Shown: positions 18,224 through 29,960, counted from the first letter of the stretch. The stretch: 55,681 nt of DNA from Acidimicrobiia bacterium (GCA_046484625.1 JAWOIO010000240.1:1-55681), one strand, 5' to 3'. Made by a program: numbers and translations. The notes: a model not told the origin generated them from the sequence alone.

Positions 18224-19471
18224 GTGGCCCCGAACGCGCCCACCGGCGACAGTCAGGTCGACGTCGACCGTGCCGCGGTCGAAGCCGCGGTGCTGGCCTC
18301 GATCGGGGACCGGATCCCGCGGCGCGGTGGCGACTCCCCGCTGGTGGTGCTCGGTGCCGGGCTCGACGACGTCGAACCCGGACGGCGGTACCTCGCGGTC
18401 CTCGCCGACGGTGGGTGGGCGGTCCCGACCTGGCCGGCGACCGTGGGGGGGCGCGGCGCGACCACGGCCGAGGCCGCGGCGATCGCCGGTGCGCTCGCCG
18501 GGCTCGAGCAGCCGGACCTGTACCCGTACCTCGTCGGTTTGCACGTCGTGGGACCGACGCTGCTCGCGGCTGCGTCGGAGGAGCAGCGCGATCGCTGGCT
18601 CCCGGCCATCGCGCGGGGCGATGAGATCTGGTGCCAGCTCTTCTCCGAGCCGGGTGCCGGGTCGGACCTCGCCGCGCTGTCCACCCGGGCCGCTCGTCAT
18701 GGCGACGAGTGGCGGGTCACCGGCCAGAAGGTCTGGACGAGCCGCGCCCATTACGCGCGATGGGGTCTCCTCCTCGCGCGGAGCGACCCGACCATGCCGA
18801 AGCACGCCGGGATCACGGCGTTCGCCGTCGACATGCACGCACCCGGGGTGGAGGTGCGTCCGCTGCGCCAGATGAACGGCGACGCGCACTTCAGCGAGGT
18901 CTTCCTCGACGACGTCTCGGTGCCGGATCTCGATCGGATCGGGCTGCCCGGCGAGGGGTGGGCGATCGCGAAGACCGCGTTGGCGAACGAGCGGGGCGCC
19001 GTGACGGGTTCCGGCGCCGGGCTCGCACCGCCCGTCGATCGCATGCTGGCGCTCGGAGGCAGCGCCGACGCGGTGCACCGCGACCGCGCGATCGGCGTGT
19101 ACGTGGACGCAGAGGCCGCACGGCTCACGAGCCGGCGGGCCCGCGCCGCGGCCCAGGCCGGTCGGACACCGGGGCCGGAGGGCTCGGGCTCGAAGCTGCG
19201 CGGAAGCGCGATCTTCAAGGCGACCACCGACGCGGCACTCGCCGCGCTCGGACCGGCCTCGGTCGCGGGGGACTCACGGGACGGGCCCGACTCCGACGCC
19301 TGGCAGATGCTGTTCCTCACCGCCGCGTCGATCTCGATCCGCGGCGGGACCGACGAGATCCAGCGCACCATCGTGGGGGAGCACGTCCTTGGTCTGCCCG
19401 CCGAGCCGCGTGTCGACACCGGCCGCCCGTTCCGCGATCCCGCCGATCCCGCTCCCCCAGCTGATCGATGA
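18224..19471 (+). CDS. Acyl-CoA dehydrogenase family protein
   Basis: Motifs WCQLFSEPGAGSDLA, VTGQKVWTS, KHAGIT, PLRQMNGDAHFSEVF, SIRGGTDEIQR. Start placed at GTG 18224 (TACGAT 7 nt upstream). Confidence 0.9.
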   Translation: MAPNAPTGDSQVDVDRAAVEAAVLASIGDRIPRRGGDSPLVVLGAGLDDVEPGRRYLAVLADGGWAVPTWPATVGGRGATTAEAAAIAGALAGLEQPDLYPYLVGLHVVGPTLLAAASEEQRDRWLPAIARGDEIWCQLFSEPGAGSDLAALSTRAARHGDEWRVTGQKVWTSRAHYARWGLLLARSDPTMPKHAGITAFAVDMHAPGVEVRPLRQMNGDAHFSEVFLDDVSVPDLDRIGLPGEGWAIAKTALANERGAVTGSGAGLAPPVDRMLALGGSADAVHRDRAIGVYVDAEAARLTSRRARAAAQAGRTPGPEGSGSKLRGSAIFKATTDAALAALGPASVAGDSRDGPDSDAWQMLFLTAASISIRGGTDEIQRTIVGEHVLGLPAEPRVDTGRPFRDPADPAPPADR

Positions 19472-19538
19472 GGTGTCGCTCACCCGCCCGGGGTGGCGTG
19501 AGCGAGGCACGTCGGGGGATGTGGGGTAGGAGCGGCGA

Positions 19539-20354
19539 TCAGCCGCCGCGAGCCCGTGGTGGGCGCGGTCCGGTCGGCGGTCCGGCGAAGGCCTGCGCGA
19601 TCCCCATCCACTCCTCCGCCGCGTCCCCGGTGATCGTGAGCTCCGTGTCGGCGGGGTGCACCCGCTGGGTCACGACGAGACAGAAGTCGAGCGCCGGGCC
19701 GAGCACCGAGCTCGCCGCCTCGGCGGGACCCCACGACCAGATGTCGTCGTCGGGTGCAGCCAGGTCCACGCGCACGGGGACATCCGGGACCTCGCGGGAG
19801 CGCGACGCGTAGGCGAAGCCCCGGGTGCGGATCCCGAGGTCGGCGATGTGGCGCAGGCGCGCCGAGGGTTCGCGCACCACGCCCAGCGCGTCGGCGACGT
19901 CCTGGCCGTGGGCCCAGGTCTCCATGAGGCGCGCGGTCGCGAACGACATGGCCGACATGTCGGGACCGAACCACGGGACCCGGGCGCGCGCATCGAGCGC
20001 GCGCAGCCCGTCGAGCACGGCCGCGCGACCCGTCCGCCACCAGGCGAGCGCCCAACCCGGGTCGTCGGTCCCCCCGGGTGGTCGGCGTCCGAGGTGTCCG
20101 GATCGCAGCTCGTCGTCGCGCCGGTCGGTGTCACCCAGGTAGTCGTCGCGCTGTCGGCGAAACCCGTCGGGATCGCCGATCGCGAGCTGGGCCCACTCCT
20201 CGGTGGCGGCGAGATGCGCGATCTGATCGCAGACGTCCCAACCTTCTGCAGGCGTGGGACGCGCCCAGCCCTCGTGATCGAGAACCTCGACGAGGTCGTC
20301 GAGCGAGCGCTCCTCGGCGACGAGGTCGTCGAGCAGCGCCGCGTATGCGTCCAC
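19539..20354 (-). CDS. TIGR03084-like metal-binding protein (MDMPI/DinB superfamily)
   Basis: Motifs W.RPTPAEGW.V.DQIAHL, VPWFGPDMSAMSFATARLMETWAHGQD, LRHIA.LG.RTR, DFCLVVTQR.H. Start placed at GTG 20354 (TATCGT 6 nt upstream). Confidence 0.85.
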   Translation of the reverse strand: MDAYAALLDDLVAEERSLDDLVEVLDHEGWARPTPAEGWDVCDQIAHLAATEEWAQLAIGDPDGFRRQRDDYLGDTDRRDDELRSGHLGRRPPGGTDDPGWALAWWRTGRAAVLDGLRALDARARVPWFGPDMSAMSFATARLMETWAHGQDVADALGVVREPSARLRHIADLGIRTRGFAYASRSREVPDVPVRVDLAAPDDDIWSWGPAEAASSVLGPALDFCLVVTQRVHPADTELTITGDAAEEWMGIAQAFAGPPTGPRPPRARGG

Positions 20355-20371
20355 GAGCGCACGATACGCGC

Positions 20372-21925
20372 TCAGACGATGCGGCTCTCCTTGTCGCCCC
20401 AGTACCGGTCGCGGAGGAGCCGCTTGTAGAGCTTGCCGGTCGGTTGCCGCGGGAGCTCGGCGTCGAAGTCGACGGCCTTCGGGCACTTGTACTTGGCCAG
20501 GTGCTCGCGACAGAAGCCCAGGAGCTCGACCTCGAGCGCGGGACCGGCGTCGGCCATGTCGAGGGGTTGGACGACGGCATGCACCCGCTCACCCATCTCG
20601 GGATCGGGGATGCCGAACACGGCGGCGTCGAGCACCTTCGGATGGGTGATGAGCAGGTTCTCGGCCTCCTGCGGGTAGATGTTGACCCCGCCGGACACGA
20701 TCATGAAGTCGCGTCGGTCGGTGAGATAGAGGTAGCCGTCCTCGTCGACCCGGCCCATGTCCCCGACGGATGCCCAGCCGCGAGCGTCCCGGGTCTTGGC
20801 CGTCTTCTCGGGATCCTTGTGGTACTCGAAGTCGAGCGCCCGTTCGCTCGGCGCGAACCACACCACGCCCGACTCCCCCACGGGGACCGGGTTGCCCTCC
20901 TCGTCGAGGATGTGCACGTCGGTCATGAAGGGCTTCCCGACCGAGCCCGGGTGCGCGAGCCACTCCTCGCTCGTGATCATCGTCGCACCCATGCCCTCGG
21001 TGGCGCCGTAGTACTCGAAGATGATCGGGCCCAACCAGTCGATCATCTGGCGCTTGATCTCGACCGGGCACGGCGCGGCGGCGTGGATGACGAGCTGGAG
21101 CGACGACAGGTCGTACCGCTCGCGAACCTCCGCGGGGAGCTTCAACATCCGCACGAACATCGTCGGGACGAACTGCGCGTGGGTGACCCGATGGCGTTCG
21201 ATCGCGGCGAGGCAGGCCTCGGGGTCGAAGTGCTCGAGGATCACGCTCGTCCCCCCGAAGCGATTGATCGCGATGCAGAACTGCAGCGGCGCGGAGTGGT
21301 AGAGCGGCGCGGGCGACAGGTAGATGGTGTGCTCGTCGATCGAGTAGAGCGCCGCGAACCCCGACAGGCCGAGGTCGGGGTTCCCGACCGGCTTGCGCTC
21401 GAGTCGGTAGCGGATCCCCTTCGGACGTCCCGTGGTGCCCGAGGAGTACATCATCGCGTGGCCCTCGAGCTCCTCGGCGAGTGGCTCGGACGGGAACGCG
21501 GCCGTCGCCTCTTCGTAGGACTCGTACCCGTCGACGGGTCCACCGACGGCGAGGCGGGTGTCGACGACGGCCGGGAGCATCGGTGCGAGCGCGCTCGCGA
21601 GGTCGGACAGATGGTGCGAGACCACCAGGGCACGCGCGTCGCAGTCGTCGACGATGTACGCCGCTTCCTCGGGGGTGAAGTGGAAGTTGATCGGCGTGAA
21701 GTAGAGCCCGGATCGCTGCGCCGCCCACGCCACCTCGAGGTAGCACTCGTTGTTCTCCATCAGGATCGCGAGGTGGTCCCCGAACCGCAACCCGCGGGAA
21801 TGGAGGAGCTGGGCGAGCCGATTCGAGCGTTCGTCGAGCTCGCGGTACGTGACGGCGACGCCGGACCCGTCGAGGAGGAAGGCGACCTGGTCCGGGCGGT
21901 CCTCGGCGTGCAGTCCTGGCCACAT
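20372..21925 (-). CDS. Acyl-CoA synthetase (AMP-binding, FadD-like)
   Basis: Motifs MMYSSGTTGRPKG, PLYHSAP, YYGATEG, VGDMG.VDEDGYLYLTDR, SGGVNIYPQE, PRQPTGKL. Confidence 0.92.
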   Translation of the reverse strand: MWPGLHAEDRPDQVAFLLDGSGVAVTYRELDERSNRLAQLLHSRGLRFGDHLAILMENNECYLEVAWAAQRSGLYFTPINFHFTPEEAAYIVDDCDARALVVSHHLSDLASALAPMLPAVVDTRLAVGGPVDGYESYEEATAAFPSEPLAEELEGHAMMYSSGTTGRPKGIRYRLERKPVGNPDLGLSGFAALYSIDEHTIYLSPAPLYHSAPLQFCIAINRFGGTSVILEHFDPEACLAAIERHRVTHAQFVPTMFVRMLKLPAEVRERYDLSSLQLVIHAAAPCPVEIKRQMIDWLGPIIFEYYGATEGMGATMITSEEWLAHPGSVGKPFMTDVHILDEEGNPVPVGESGVVWFAPSERALDFEYHKDPEKTAKTRDARGWASVGDMGRVDEDGYLYLTDRRDFMIVSGGVNIYPQEAENLLITHPKVLDAAVFGIPDPEMGERVHAVVQPLDMADAGPALEVELLGFCREHLAKYKCPKAVDFDAELPRQPTGKLYKRLLRDRYWGDKESRIV

Positions 21926-22030
21926 CCCGCGCACCCTAGGCGTGGCACCGGTCGGGAACCCGGCAGTCGTGCGCGCGGACCGTCATCGGTGCTTCACGGT
22001 CCCACAACATTCGCCGGTCAGCATCAAGCC

Positions 22031-22333
22031 ATGACCACCAGGCCGACCCATGCACACCGGGTCAACGTGCGCTGCGACAACGGCGAGGTGACCATCACGC
22101 TCGACGGCGAGGTGGGACCCGACGCGGCCGAGCTCCTCGACCAGGCGACCCGGGCCGCGCTCGAGACAGAGGGTGTCGACCAGGTCGCGGTGGATCTCCG
22201 CAAGGTGGAGCGCTGGACGACGGACGGGTTCCGGGCACTCACGCGGTGTGCGGAGCGCCACCCCAACGTCCGATTCCGCTTCGGCGCCGACACGGACGGC
22301 CGACCCGACGGCCCGGTGATCCCCGCGGCCTGA
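22031..22333 (+). CDS. Small STAS-like (anti-sigma antagonist-like) protein
   Basis: VTITLDGEV...A.ELL...VAVDLRKVERWTTDGFRAL follows the STAS pattern, but the D-S-x-G phosphoacceptor motif is replaced by TTDG. Confidence 0.55.
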   Translation: MTTRPTHAHRVNVRCDNGEVTITLDGEVGPDAAELLDQATRAALETEGVDQVAVDLRKVERWTTDGFRALTRCAERHPNVRFRFGADTDGRPDGPVIPAA

Positions 22334-22474
22334 GCGCATCGCCGCGACGGGCTCGCCCGGGCTCGCGCGCACGGCACGGGAGCTCCCTCGATGGGCCGGA
22401 TCTCGACCTTGCCCCACAAGGGCCGGGAGCCCGGATCTGGCCCGGCGGCCCTGGGCGCGCCATCATCGACGGCG

Positions 22475-23151
<677 letters not shown>

Positions 23152-23155
<4 letters not shown>

Positions 23156-24561
23156 GCAGTCCCCGAGTCGCGACGCCGGCGGCGCCCACCCGGCGTCGGC
23201 TCCGGTTCCGGGTGATCGCCTCCTTCACGATCGGTGGACTCGCGCTCGCCGTCTCGCTCTCGGTCGTGACCTATGCGCTCGCGCAGCGCTATCTGCTCGA
23301 CCAGCGTGAGAACAACGCGCGGAGGCAGGCGTACTTCGATGCGCGCGTCGTGCTCGACGGTCTCGGGCGGGAGGACCCAACCGCGGGACGAGTGCTGCGG
23401 ACCCTCGAGCTCGACGAGGGCAAGACCGCGGCCCTGGTGGTTGCCGGCCGCGAGATCGTGACCAGCGCCTCCGATCTCCCCGCCACCGACATCCCCGCCG
23501 AGCTCCGCGAGGTGGTCGAAGGTGGGGTCGCGGCGACCCAGCGGATCGAGCGGCCGGGCGCCCTCGATCTCGTGGTCGGGGTGCCACTCGACGCCGAGGC
23601 GGGGTCGGCGTTCTATGAGGTCTTCCCGCTCAAGGAGCTGCGCGCCACCCTCGGGGTCATCCGGGGGTCGCTGCTCCTCGCGGGTGCGATCACGGCGGCC
23701 GCCGCGACCGCGCTCGGGATGTGGGCGAGTCGCCGCGTGCTCCGCCCGGTGAACGACATCGCCGACGCCGCGACGCGCATTGCCAGCGGTGACATGACGG
23801 CGCGACTCGATGCACAACCGGACCCGGACCTCGACCGGGTCGCGGACGCGTTCAACACCATGGTCGACGCCGTCGCAGACCGCATCGACCGCGAGGCCCA
23901 GTTCGCCTCCGACGTCAGCCACGAGCTCCGCTCGCCGCTCACGACCCTCGCGTCCTCGGGAACGGTGCTCGAGGCGCATCGGGCCGAGCTGGCCGAGCCC
24001 GCGCGCGAGGCCATCGATCTCGTCCTCGGGGAGATCGGGCACTTCCAGCTGGTCGTCGAGGAGCTCCTCGAGCTGAGTCGCGCCGAGGCCGGCGTGGATC
24101 CGCTGCTCCCGGAGTCGGTCCGCGTCGGAGAGCTGGTGCTCCATGTCGCGGCCAGGTACCAGACGAGCGACTTCGACGTCGACATCGACCGACCGGCCGC
24201 CGGCGAGGAGATCCTCCTCGACAAGCGGCGGGTCGAGCGGATCCTCGTGAACCTCTTCTCCAACGCCGAGACGCACGGGGGCGGGATCTCCGCGGTGCGG
24301 GTCCGACGCGTCGGGCCGCGGCTGCAGATCGTCGTGGAGGACCGCGGTCCCGGGATCCCCGACGAGGACCGTGAGCGCATCTTCGAGCGGTTCTTCCGGG
24401 GTGCGTCGTCGGGTCGACGGACCCAGAGGTCGGGGACGGGGCTCGGGCTCGCGATCGTCGACCAGCACGTTCGCGTCCACGGAGGCTCCGTCACTGCAGA
24501 GGCGGGACCCGAGGGCGTGGGGAGCCGCTTCGTGATCGAGCTCCCCTGGAGCGCACCGTGA
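23152..24561 (+). CDS. HAMP-domain sensor histidine kinase
   Basis: Two TM segments, a HAMP domain, H-box FASDVSHELRSPLT, N-box NLFSNA, DRGPGI, IFERFFRG, GTGLGLAI. GTGA overlap with the regulator gene. Confidence 0.93.
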
Positions 24562-24764
24562 GCCGACGGTCCCGGAGGTCCCGATCCCTGGTGGGCGTCG
24601 GACTCGCTGCCATCGTGCTCGCGACGTGCGGGGTCGGGGGCCAGGACGAGCCCACGCCGATCCCGCCCGAGGACGTGCCGTTCGACCTGAAGGTGTCGTC
24701 GACCGCACCGAGGTCGACCACCACGACGACGGGAATCGTCGAGGTCCCGACGCCGTCGGGCTGA
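24558..24764 (+). CDS. Small putative lipoprotein coupled to the two-component system (possibly a truncated GerMN/LpqB-like partner)
   Basis: GTGA overlap with the kinase stop. It has an Arg-rich N-region, a hydrophobic stretch, LATC-GVG, then PIPPEDVPFDL and a Thr-rich tail. Only 68 aa. Confidence 0.6.
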   Translation: MSRRSRRSRSLVGVGLAAIVLATCGVGGQDEPTPIPPEDVPFDLKVSSTAPRSTTTTTGIVEVPTPSG

Positions 24765-24775
24765 CGCCGGCGCGC

Positions 24776-25282
24776 TCAGCCCTTGCGCACGCGCGCGTCC
24801 TTCTCGCGGACGCTCTCGGCGAGCGCGTGCGCGAACCGCTCCAGCTCGTCGCGCAGCTCCGGATCGCCCAGCGCCAGGATCCGCGCGGCGAGGATCGCCG
24901 CGTTGCGGGCGTTGCCGACGGCCATCGTCGCGACCGGGATGCCCGCCGGCATCTGGACGATCGACAACAGGGAGTCGAGGCCGGAGAAGTGCTCGAGCGG
25001 GACGGGCACGCCGATGACGGGCAGGGTCGTCATCGAGGCGGTCATCCCCGGGAGATGGGCGGCGCCACCCGCCCCGGCGATGATGACCTGGATCCCGCGA
25101 TCGACCGCGCCGGTCGCATACTCGACCATCGCGGTCGGGGTGCGGTGCGCGGAGACGACCCGGACCTCGTGGGGGATCCGGAACTCCACGAGGACGTCCA
25201 CGGCGTCCTGCATGACCCGGAGGTCGGAGTCGGAGCCCATGATGATCCCCACGACGGGATCGGGTGCTGCCGCGGCGGCCAC
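24776..25282 (-). CDS. purE: N5-carboxyaminoimidazole ribonucleotide mutase
   Basis: Motifs [57 protein letters not shown]. Start placed at GTG 25282 (TAACGT 7 nt upstream). Confidence 0.95.
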   Translation of the reverse strand: MAAAAAPDPVVGIIMGSDSDLRVMQDAVDVLVEFRIPHEVRVVSAHRTPTAMVEYATGAVDRGIQVIIAGAGGAAHLPGMTASMTTLPVIGVPVPLEHFSGLDSLLSIVQMPAGIPVATMAVGNARNAAILAARILALGDPELRDELERFAHALAESVREKDARVRKG

Positions 25283-25329
25283 GGCGCGCACGTTAGTCGG
25301 CGGTCCGACGGCCTGAGCCAGAATGGGGC

Positions 25330-26292
25330 ATGCGCACGAGACTGACCGACCTGCTGGACGTGGAGCACCCGGTGATGCTGGCGGGGATGGGCGGCGTGTC
25401 CTACCACCGCCTCGTTGCCGCGGTCTCCGAGGCCGGCGGGTTCGGGTGCCTCGGCGCGGGCGCGATGACGAGCGACGAGATGGTCGACGAGATCCGCAAG
25501 ACCCAGGCGCTCACCGACCGACCCATCGGGGTCGACCTCCTCACCGCGCTCCCTGACCAGATGCTCACCAACGTCGAGCGCATCATCGCCGAGGGTGTGC
25601 CGGTGTTCGTGGCTGCGCTGGGCGTGCCGCGTGACGTCATCGACCTCTGCCACGAGCACAACGTCCTCGTGGTCAACATGTGCGGCAAGGTCCGCCACGC
25701 GATCGCCGCGGTCGAGGCAGGCTGTGATCTGGTCGTGGCCCAAGGTACGGAGGCCGGCGGTCACACCGGCTCGGTCGCGACCATGCCACTCGTCCCGCAG
25801 ATCGTCGACGCCGTCGGCGACCGCGTCCCGGTGGTCGCGGCCGGCGGGATCTTCGACGGGCGCGGGCTGGCCGCGGCCCTGATGCTGGGGGCCGACGGCA
25901 TCTGGGTGGGGACGCGGTTCATCGCGACTCCCGAGGCCCGCTCGGCGCCCGGCTACAAGGACGCCCTCCTGCGCACCCACGAGGACGGCACGGTGGTCAG
26001 CCGGGCATTCTCCGGGAAGCCGATGCGCACGGTCCGCAACTCGACGACCCAGTACTACGAGGAACATCCGGAGGAGCTGCGGCCGTTCCCCGAGCAGATG
26101 ATCGTCTCGACCACGGGCGGGTTCCTGCACCTGCCCCAGGGTGACGAGGCGACCGGTGTCGACCCCGACCGTGAGTGCTACCCGTGCGGCCAGGGGGTGG
26201 GGTCGATCGAGGAGATCGTCCCCGCGGCAGAGCTGGTGGCGCGCTTCGTCGACGAGGCCGACGCCGCCCTGCGCGGCGCGCTGAAGGGCTAG
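25330..26292 (+). CDS. Nitronate monooxygenase / FabK-like FMN-dependent oxidoreductase
   Basis: Motifs [58 protein letters not shown]. Confidence 0.88.
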   Translation: MRTRLTDLLDVEHPVMLAGMGGVSYHRLVAAVSEAGGFGCLGAGAMTSDEMVDEIRKTQALTDRPIGVDLLTALPDQMLTNVERIIAEGVPVFVAALGVPRDVIDLCHEHNVLVVNMCGKVRHAIAAVEAGCDLVVAQGTEAGGHTGSVATMPLVPQIVDAVGDRVPVVAAGGIFDGRGLAAALMLGADGIWVGTRFIATPEARSAPGYKDALLRTHEDGTVVSRAFSGKPMRTVRNSTTQYYEEHPEELRPFPEQMIVSTTGGFLHLPQGDEATGVDPDRECYPCGQGVGSIEEIVPAAELVARFVDEADAALRGALKG

Positions 26293-26300
26293 GTCCGACG

Positions 26301-27665
26301 ATGGCGCTGCGACCCCGACTGGTGGTCGTCGGGGGGGACGCGGCCGGGATGTCGGCCGCCGCGCAGGCTCGGCGCCGCCGATCGGAGGACGAGCTCGACA
26401 TCGTCTGCTTCGAGCGCGGCCCCTACACGTCGTACGCGGCGTGTGGGATCCCCTACTTCGTGGGCGATCTCGTCCACGACGCCGCGGAACTGGTGGCGCG
26501 TACCCCCGACGAGCACCGGCGGCGGGGACTCGACGTACGGACCGGTCACGAGGTGGTCGCGATCGACACCGAGCAGTCCTCGGTGCGGGTGCGCGACCTC
26601 GCCGCGGGGGACGAGTCCGACGAGCCCTACGACCAGCTCGTCATCGCCACCGGCGCGACGCCGGTGCGTCCGCCGATCCCCGGGATCGATGCCCGCGGGA
26701 TCTTCGGGGTGCAGTCGCTCGCCGACGGCATCGCGGTGCGCGCCGCCGTGGAGGCCGGCGGAGCCCGGCGCGCCGTCGTCGTCGGTGGCGGCTACATCGG
26801 CCTCGAGCTGGCCGAAGCGATGCTGCTCCGTGGCCTCGACGTGGCCCTCGTGGAGGGCGCCGCGCAGCCCATGAACACCCTCGACCCCGACATGGGCTCG
26901 CTGATCGCGGACGCGCTCCGGGGCATGGGCGTCTCGCTCCATCTCGACGCGATGGTGGATGCCTTCGACGTGGTCGATGGAGCGGTGCGGGGCGTGCACG
27001 CGGGTGGCGAGATGCTGCCCGCCGACCTGGTCGTGCTCGGGCTGGGCGTCCGGCCCCGATCCGCGCTGGCGGACGATGCCGGCATCGTCATCGGCCCCAC
27101 GGGTGGCATCGCCGTCGACGACCACCAGCGGACCTCGGTCGAGGGGGTGTTCGCCGCCGGCGACTGCGTCGAGACCTTCCACCGCGTGTCGCGCCGACCG
27201 GTCGCGATCGCGCTCGGGACGCACGCGAACAAGCAGGGTCGAGTGGTCGGCCTCAATGCGACGGGCGGGGATGCGACGTTCCCAGGTGTGATCGGTACTG
27301 CGATCTCGAAGATCTGCAAGGTCGAGGTGGCCCGAACCGGACTGAACGAGCGCGAAGCCGACGAGGCCGGCTTCGACGCCGTCGCGGCGACGATCGAGGG
27401 CTCGACGCGAGCGCACTACTACCCGGGTTCGATGCCGATCCACGTGAAGGTCGTCGCCGAACGGGGGAGGGGCCGGATCCTCGGAGCTCAGATCGTCGGT
27501 GAGGAAGGTGCCGCGAAGCGGGTCGACGTGCTCGCAGCGGCGATCTGGACGGAGATGACGGCCGAGGAGTTCTCCTCGCTCGACCTGGCGTACGCGCCGC
27601 CGTTCTCGCCGGTGTGGGACCCGGTGCTGATCGCCGCCCGGAGGGCGGCGGAGGCGGCAGCCTGA
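26301..27665 (+). CDS. CoA-disulfide reductase / NADH oxidase-like FAD-dependent oxidoreductase
   Basis: Motifs VVGGDAAGMSAA, single-Cys SYAACGIPY, YDQLVIATGA, VVGGGYIGLE, FAAGDC, LDLAYAPPFSPVWDP. Confidence 0.88.
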   Translation: MALRPRLVVVGGDAAGMSAAAQARRRRSEDELDIVCFERGPYTSYAACGIPYFVGDLVHDAAELVARTPDEHRRRGLDVRTGHEVVAIDTEQSSVRVRDLAAGDESDEPYDQLVIATGATPVRPPIPGIDARGIFGVQSLADGIAVRAAVEAGGARRAVVVGGGYIGLELAEAMLLRGLDVALVEGAAQPMNTLDPDMGSLIADALRGMGVSLHLDAMVDAFDVVDGAVRGVHAGGEMLPADLVVLGLGVRPRSALADDAGIVIGPTGGIAVDDHQRTSVEGVFAAGDCVETFHRVSRRPVAIALGTHANKQGRVVGLNATGGDATFPGVIGTAISKICKVEVARTGLNEREADEAGFDAVAATIEGSTRAHYYPGSMPIHVKVVAERGRGRILGAQIVGEEGAAKRVDVLAAAIWTEMTAEEFSSLDLAYAPPFSPVWDPVLIAARRAAEAAA

Positions 27666-27675
27666 GCGCGAGACG

Positions 27676-28668
27676 TCAGCGCCCCGTCCCGGCTCGCGCC
27701 GACTCCTCCTCGAGGTCGTGCCGGTACATCATCTCGACGAGCCCCTCGAAGCTGACCTTGCGCTGCCAGCCCAGCCGGTCGTGGGCCTTCGTGGGGTCAC
27801 CCATCAGCAGGTCGACCTCCGCGGGGCGCTCGAAGCGAGGGTCGTTCTTGACGAACGGCGTCCAGTCGTCGATCCCGGCGTTGGCGAACGCGAGATCGAG
27901 GAACTCACGGATCGTGTGGGTCTCGCCGGTGGCGATCACGTAGTCGTCCGGCTCGTCCTCCTGGACCATGAGGTACATCGCCTCGACGAAGTCACCGGCG
28001 AAGCCCCAGTCACGCGCCGCGTCGAGGTTGCCGAGCGAGATGGAGTCCTGGAGCCCGAGCTTGATCCGAGCGACCCCGTTGGTGATCTTGCGGGTCACGA
28101 ACTCGAGGCCCCGTCGCGGGCCCTCGTGGTTGAAGCAGATGCCCGACGACGCGTGGAGGCCGTAGGACTCCCGGTAGTTGACGGTCATGTCGTGCCCGAA
28201 GACCTTCGCCACCCCGTACGGGGACCGCGGATGGAACGGTGTCGCCTCGGTCTGTGGGGTCTCGCGGACCTTGCCGAACATCTCCGACGACGACGCCTGG
28301 TAGAAGCGGATCGGGTTGTTCTCGGCGCCGCCGACGATCCGGATCGCTTCCAGCATCCGCAGCACCCCGAGCCCCGTGATGTCGGCCGTGAGCTCGGGTT
28401 GGCGGAACGACAGGGCGACGAAGCTCATCGCCCCCAGGTTGTAGACCTCGTCGGGCTGGACCTGCTCGACCGCGGCGATGAGCGAGGAGAGGTCGCGCAG
28501 GTCGCCCTCGACGAGCTCCAACGCGGGGTTCTCGTCGGTGACGACCTGCACCTTGGGGTTGTTCTGGCCTCGAACGAGACCGAAGACCTGGTAGCCCTTG
28601 CCGGTCAGGAACTCCGACATGTGACGGCCGTCCTGGCCGGTGATCCCGGTGACCAGCGCACGCTTCAT
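27676..28668 (-). CDS. gmd: GDP-mannose 4,6-dehydratase
   Basis: Motifs [75 protein letters not shown]. Confidence 0.93.
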   Translation of the reverse strand: MKRALVTGITGQDGRHMSEFLTGKGYQVFGLVRGQNNPKVQVVTDENPALELVEGDLRDLSSLIAAVEQVQPDEVYNLGAMSFVALSFRQPELTADITGLGVLRMLEAIRIVGGAENNPIRFYQASSSEMFGKVRETPQTEATPFHPRSPYGVAKVFGHDMTVNYRESYGLHASSGICFNHEGPRRGLEFVTRKITNGVARIKLGLQDSISLGNLDAARDWGFAGDFVEAMYLMVQEDEPDDYVIATGETHTIREFLDLAFANAGIDDWTPFVKNDPRFERPAEVDLLMGDPTKAHDRLGWQRKVSFEGLVEMMYRHDLEEESARAGTGR

Positions 28669-28703
28669 GGTCGGTGATCCTACGGGGTGGGTCCGGCCGG
28701 TCA

Positions 28704-29165
28704 CTACTTGAGGCGGCCTTCGTCGAAGGCGGATGCGGCCTCCCCACTCGGATCGAGCTGGAGGAGGAAGTCGTGGCACCGTCGGGCCTCGTCGGTCTCA
28801 CCGATCGCGTGCGCGGCCCGACCCAGGCCGGCCACCGATCGGAGGAACCCCCGGTTCTCGGGCTCGGCCCAGCGGACGAGACCCGAGCCGCGCCAGCCGT
28901 TCTGGCGGAGCCGGTCGAGCCCGCGGTGGTATCCCACCCGGAATGCGGCGTATGCCTCGACGTCGTCGCGCGCGTGCGCGCCGAGCCGGGCCCACGCGTC
29001 GAGGAAGCGCGGCCACCGCGCCACCACCTGGCTCACCGCGGCGCGCCGTTCCTCCTCCGGCGCGTCGAGCGCGGATTCCAGCGCGGCGAGCGCGTCGGCG
29101 GGCTCGGGATCGAGGACCGTGTCGGGGGGACCGTGCGGCGTGAGGTTGACGGGCGAGTCGGACAT
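28704..29165 (-). CDS. DUF3151 family protein
   Basis: Contains VVARWP....WA.LG...[41 protein letters not shown]...[15 protein letters not shown]. Confidence 0.85.
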   Translation of the reverse strand: MSDSPVNLTPHGPPDTVLDPEPADALAALESALDAPEEERRAAVSQVVARWPRFLDAWARLGAHARDDVEAYAAFRVGYHRGLDRLRQNGWRGSGLVRWAEPENRGFLRSVAGLGRAAHAIGETDEARRCHDFLLQLDPSGEAASAFDEGRLK

Positions 29166-29264
29166 CACACGATGGTACGCACCGGCGATCGAGGCGTGAG
29201 ACGAGCGTCGGGACCGCGCCGCCGCGGCGGGATCGCTGCGAGGGGCCCCCGGTACCATCGCGCC

Positions 29265-29960
29265 GTGGCCCGGACGGCAGCGAAGACCTCCAAGACCTCG
29301 AGCGCGGCGAACGCCCCGACGCGCGGCACCCGGCTGGTGCTGGCGCGCCACGCCGTCACCGCGCAGACCGGGCCGTTGCTCTCGGGTCGCGCTCCGGGCA
29401 TCGACCTCTCCGAAGCCGGCCGCGCGCAGGCGGCGGCCCTCGGGGCGCGCCTCGCCGTGCTCCCGGTCGCGGCCGTGTACGCGAGCCCCATCGAGCGCAC
29501 GACCCAGACCGCGGCCGCGGTCGCCGAGCCGCACGGGCTCGACGTGCGCCCCGTCGACGGCGTGTTGGAGGCCGACTACGGCGAATGGACCGGTCAGAAG
29601 ATCGCGGATCTGTCCAAGACCGACCTCTGGAAGGTCGTGCAGCGCACGCCGTCGCGGGCCGCGTTCCCCGGCGGGGAGTCGCTCGCGGCCATGCAGTCGC
29701 GGATGGTCGCGACGCTGGAGGGGATCGTCGCGGACCACCCCGGCGAGATCGTGGTCGTCGTCTCGCACGCCGACCCGATCAAGGCGGCGATCGCGCACTT
29801 CGGTGGGGTGCACCTCGATCTCTTCCAGCGGGTTGTCGTGTCGCCGGCATCGGTCACGGTGTTCGAGTTCTCGGGGCACGGGGTCGCGATGATCAAGTGC
29901 AACGACACTGGGAGCCTCGACGAGCTGGCACCCGCGACCGAGGAGCCCAAGGAATCGTGA
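29265..29960 (+). CDS. Histidine phosphatase (MSMEG_4193 family)
   Basis: Motifs LVLARHAVT, YASPIERT.QTA, LEADYGEWTG, FPGGESL, VSHADPIKA, HLDLFQR. Confidence 0.85.
   Translation: MARTAAKTSKTSSAANAPTRGTRLVLARHAVTAQTGPLLSGRAPGIDLSEAGRAQAAALGARLAVLPVAAVYASPIERTTQTAAAVAEPHGLDVRPVDGVLEADYGEWTGQKIADLSKTDLWKVVQRTPSRAAFPGGESLAAMQSRMVATLEGIVADHPGEIVVVVSHADPIKAAIAHFGGVHLDLFQRVVVSPASVTVFEFSGHGVAMIKCNDTGSLDELAPATEEPKES

Noticed and set aside
14572-18243. 1223-aa minus-strand ORF and many similar long Arg/Pro/Gly-rich ORFs (e.g. 16095..18875, 44059..46431, 20078..22030)
   Set aside because: These are stop-poor alternative frames expected at this GC content. They overlap well-supported genes and have no recognisable motifs.
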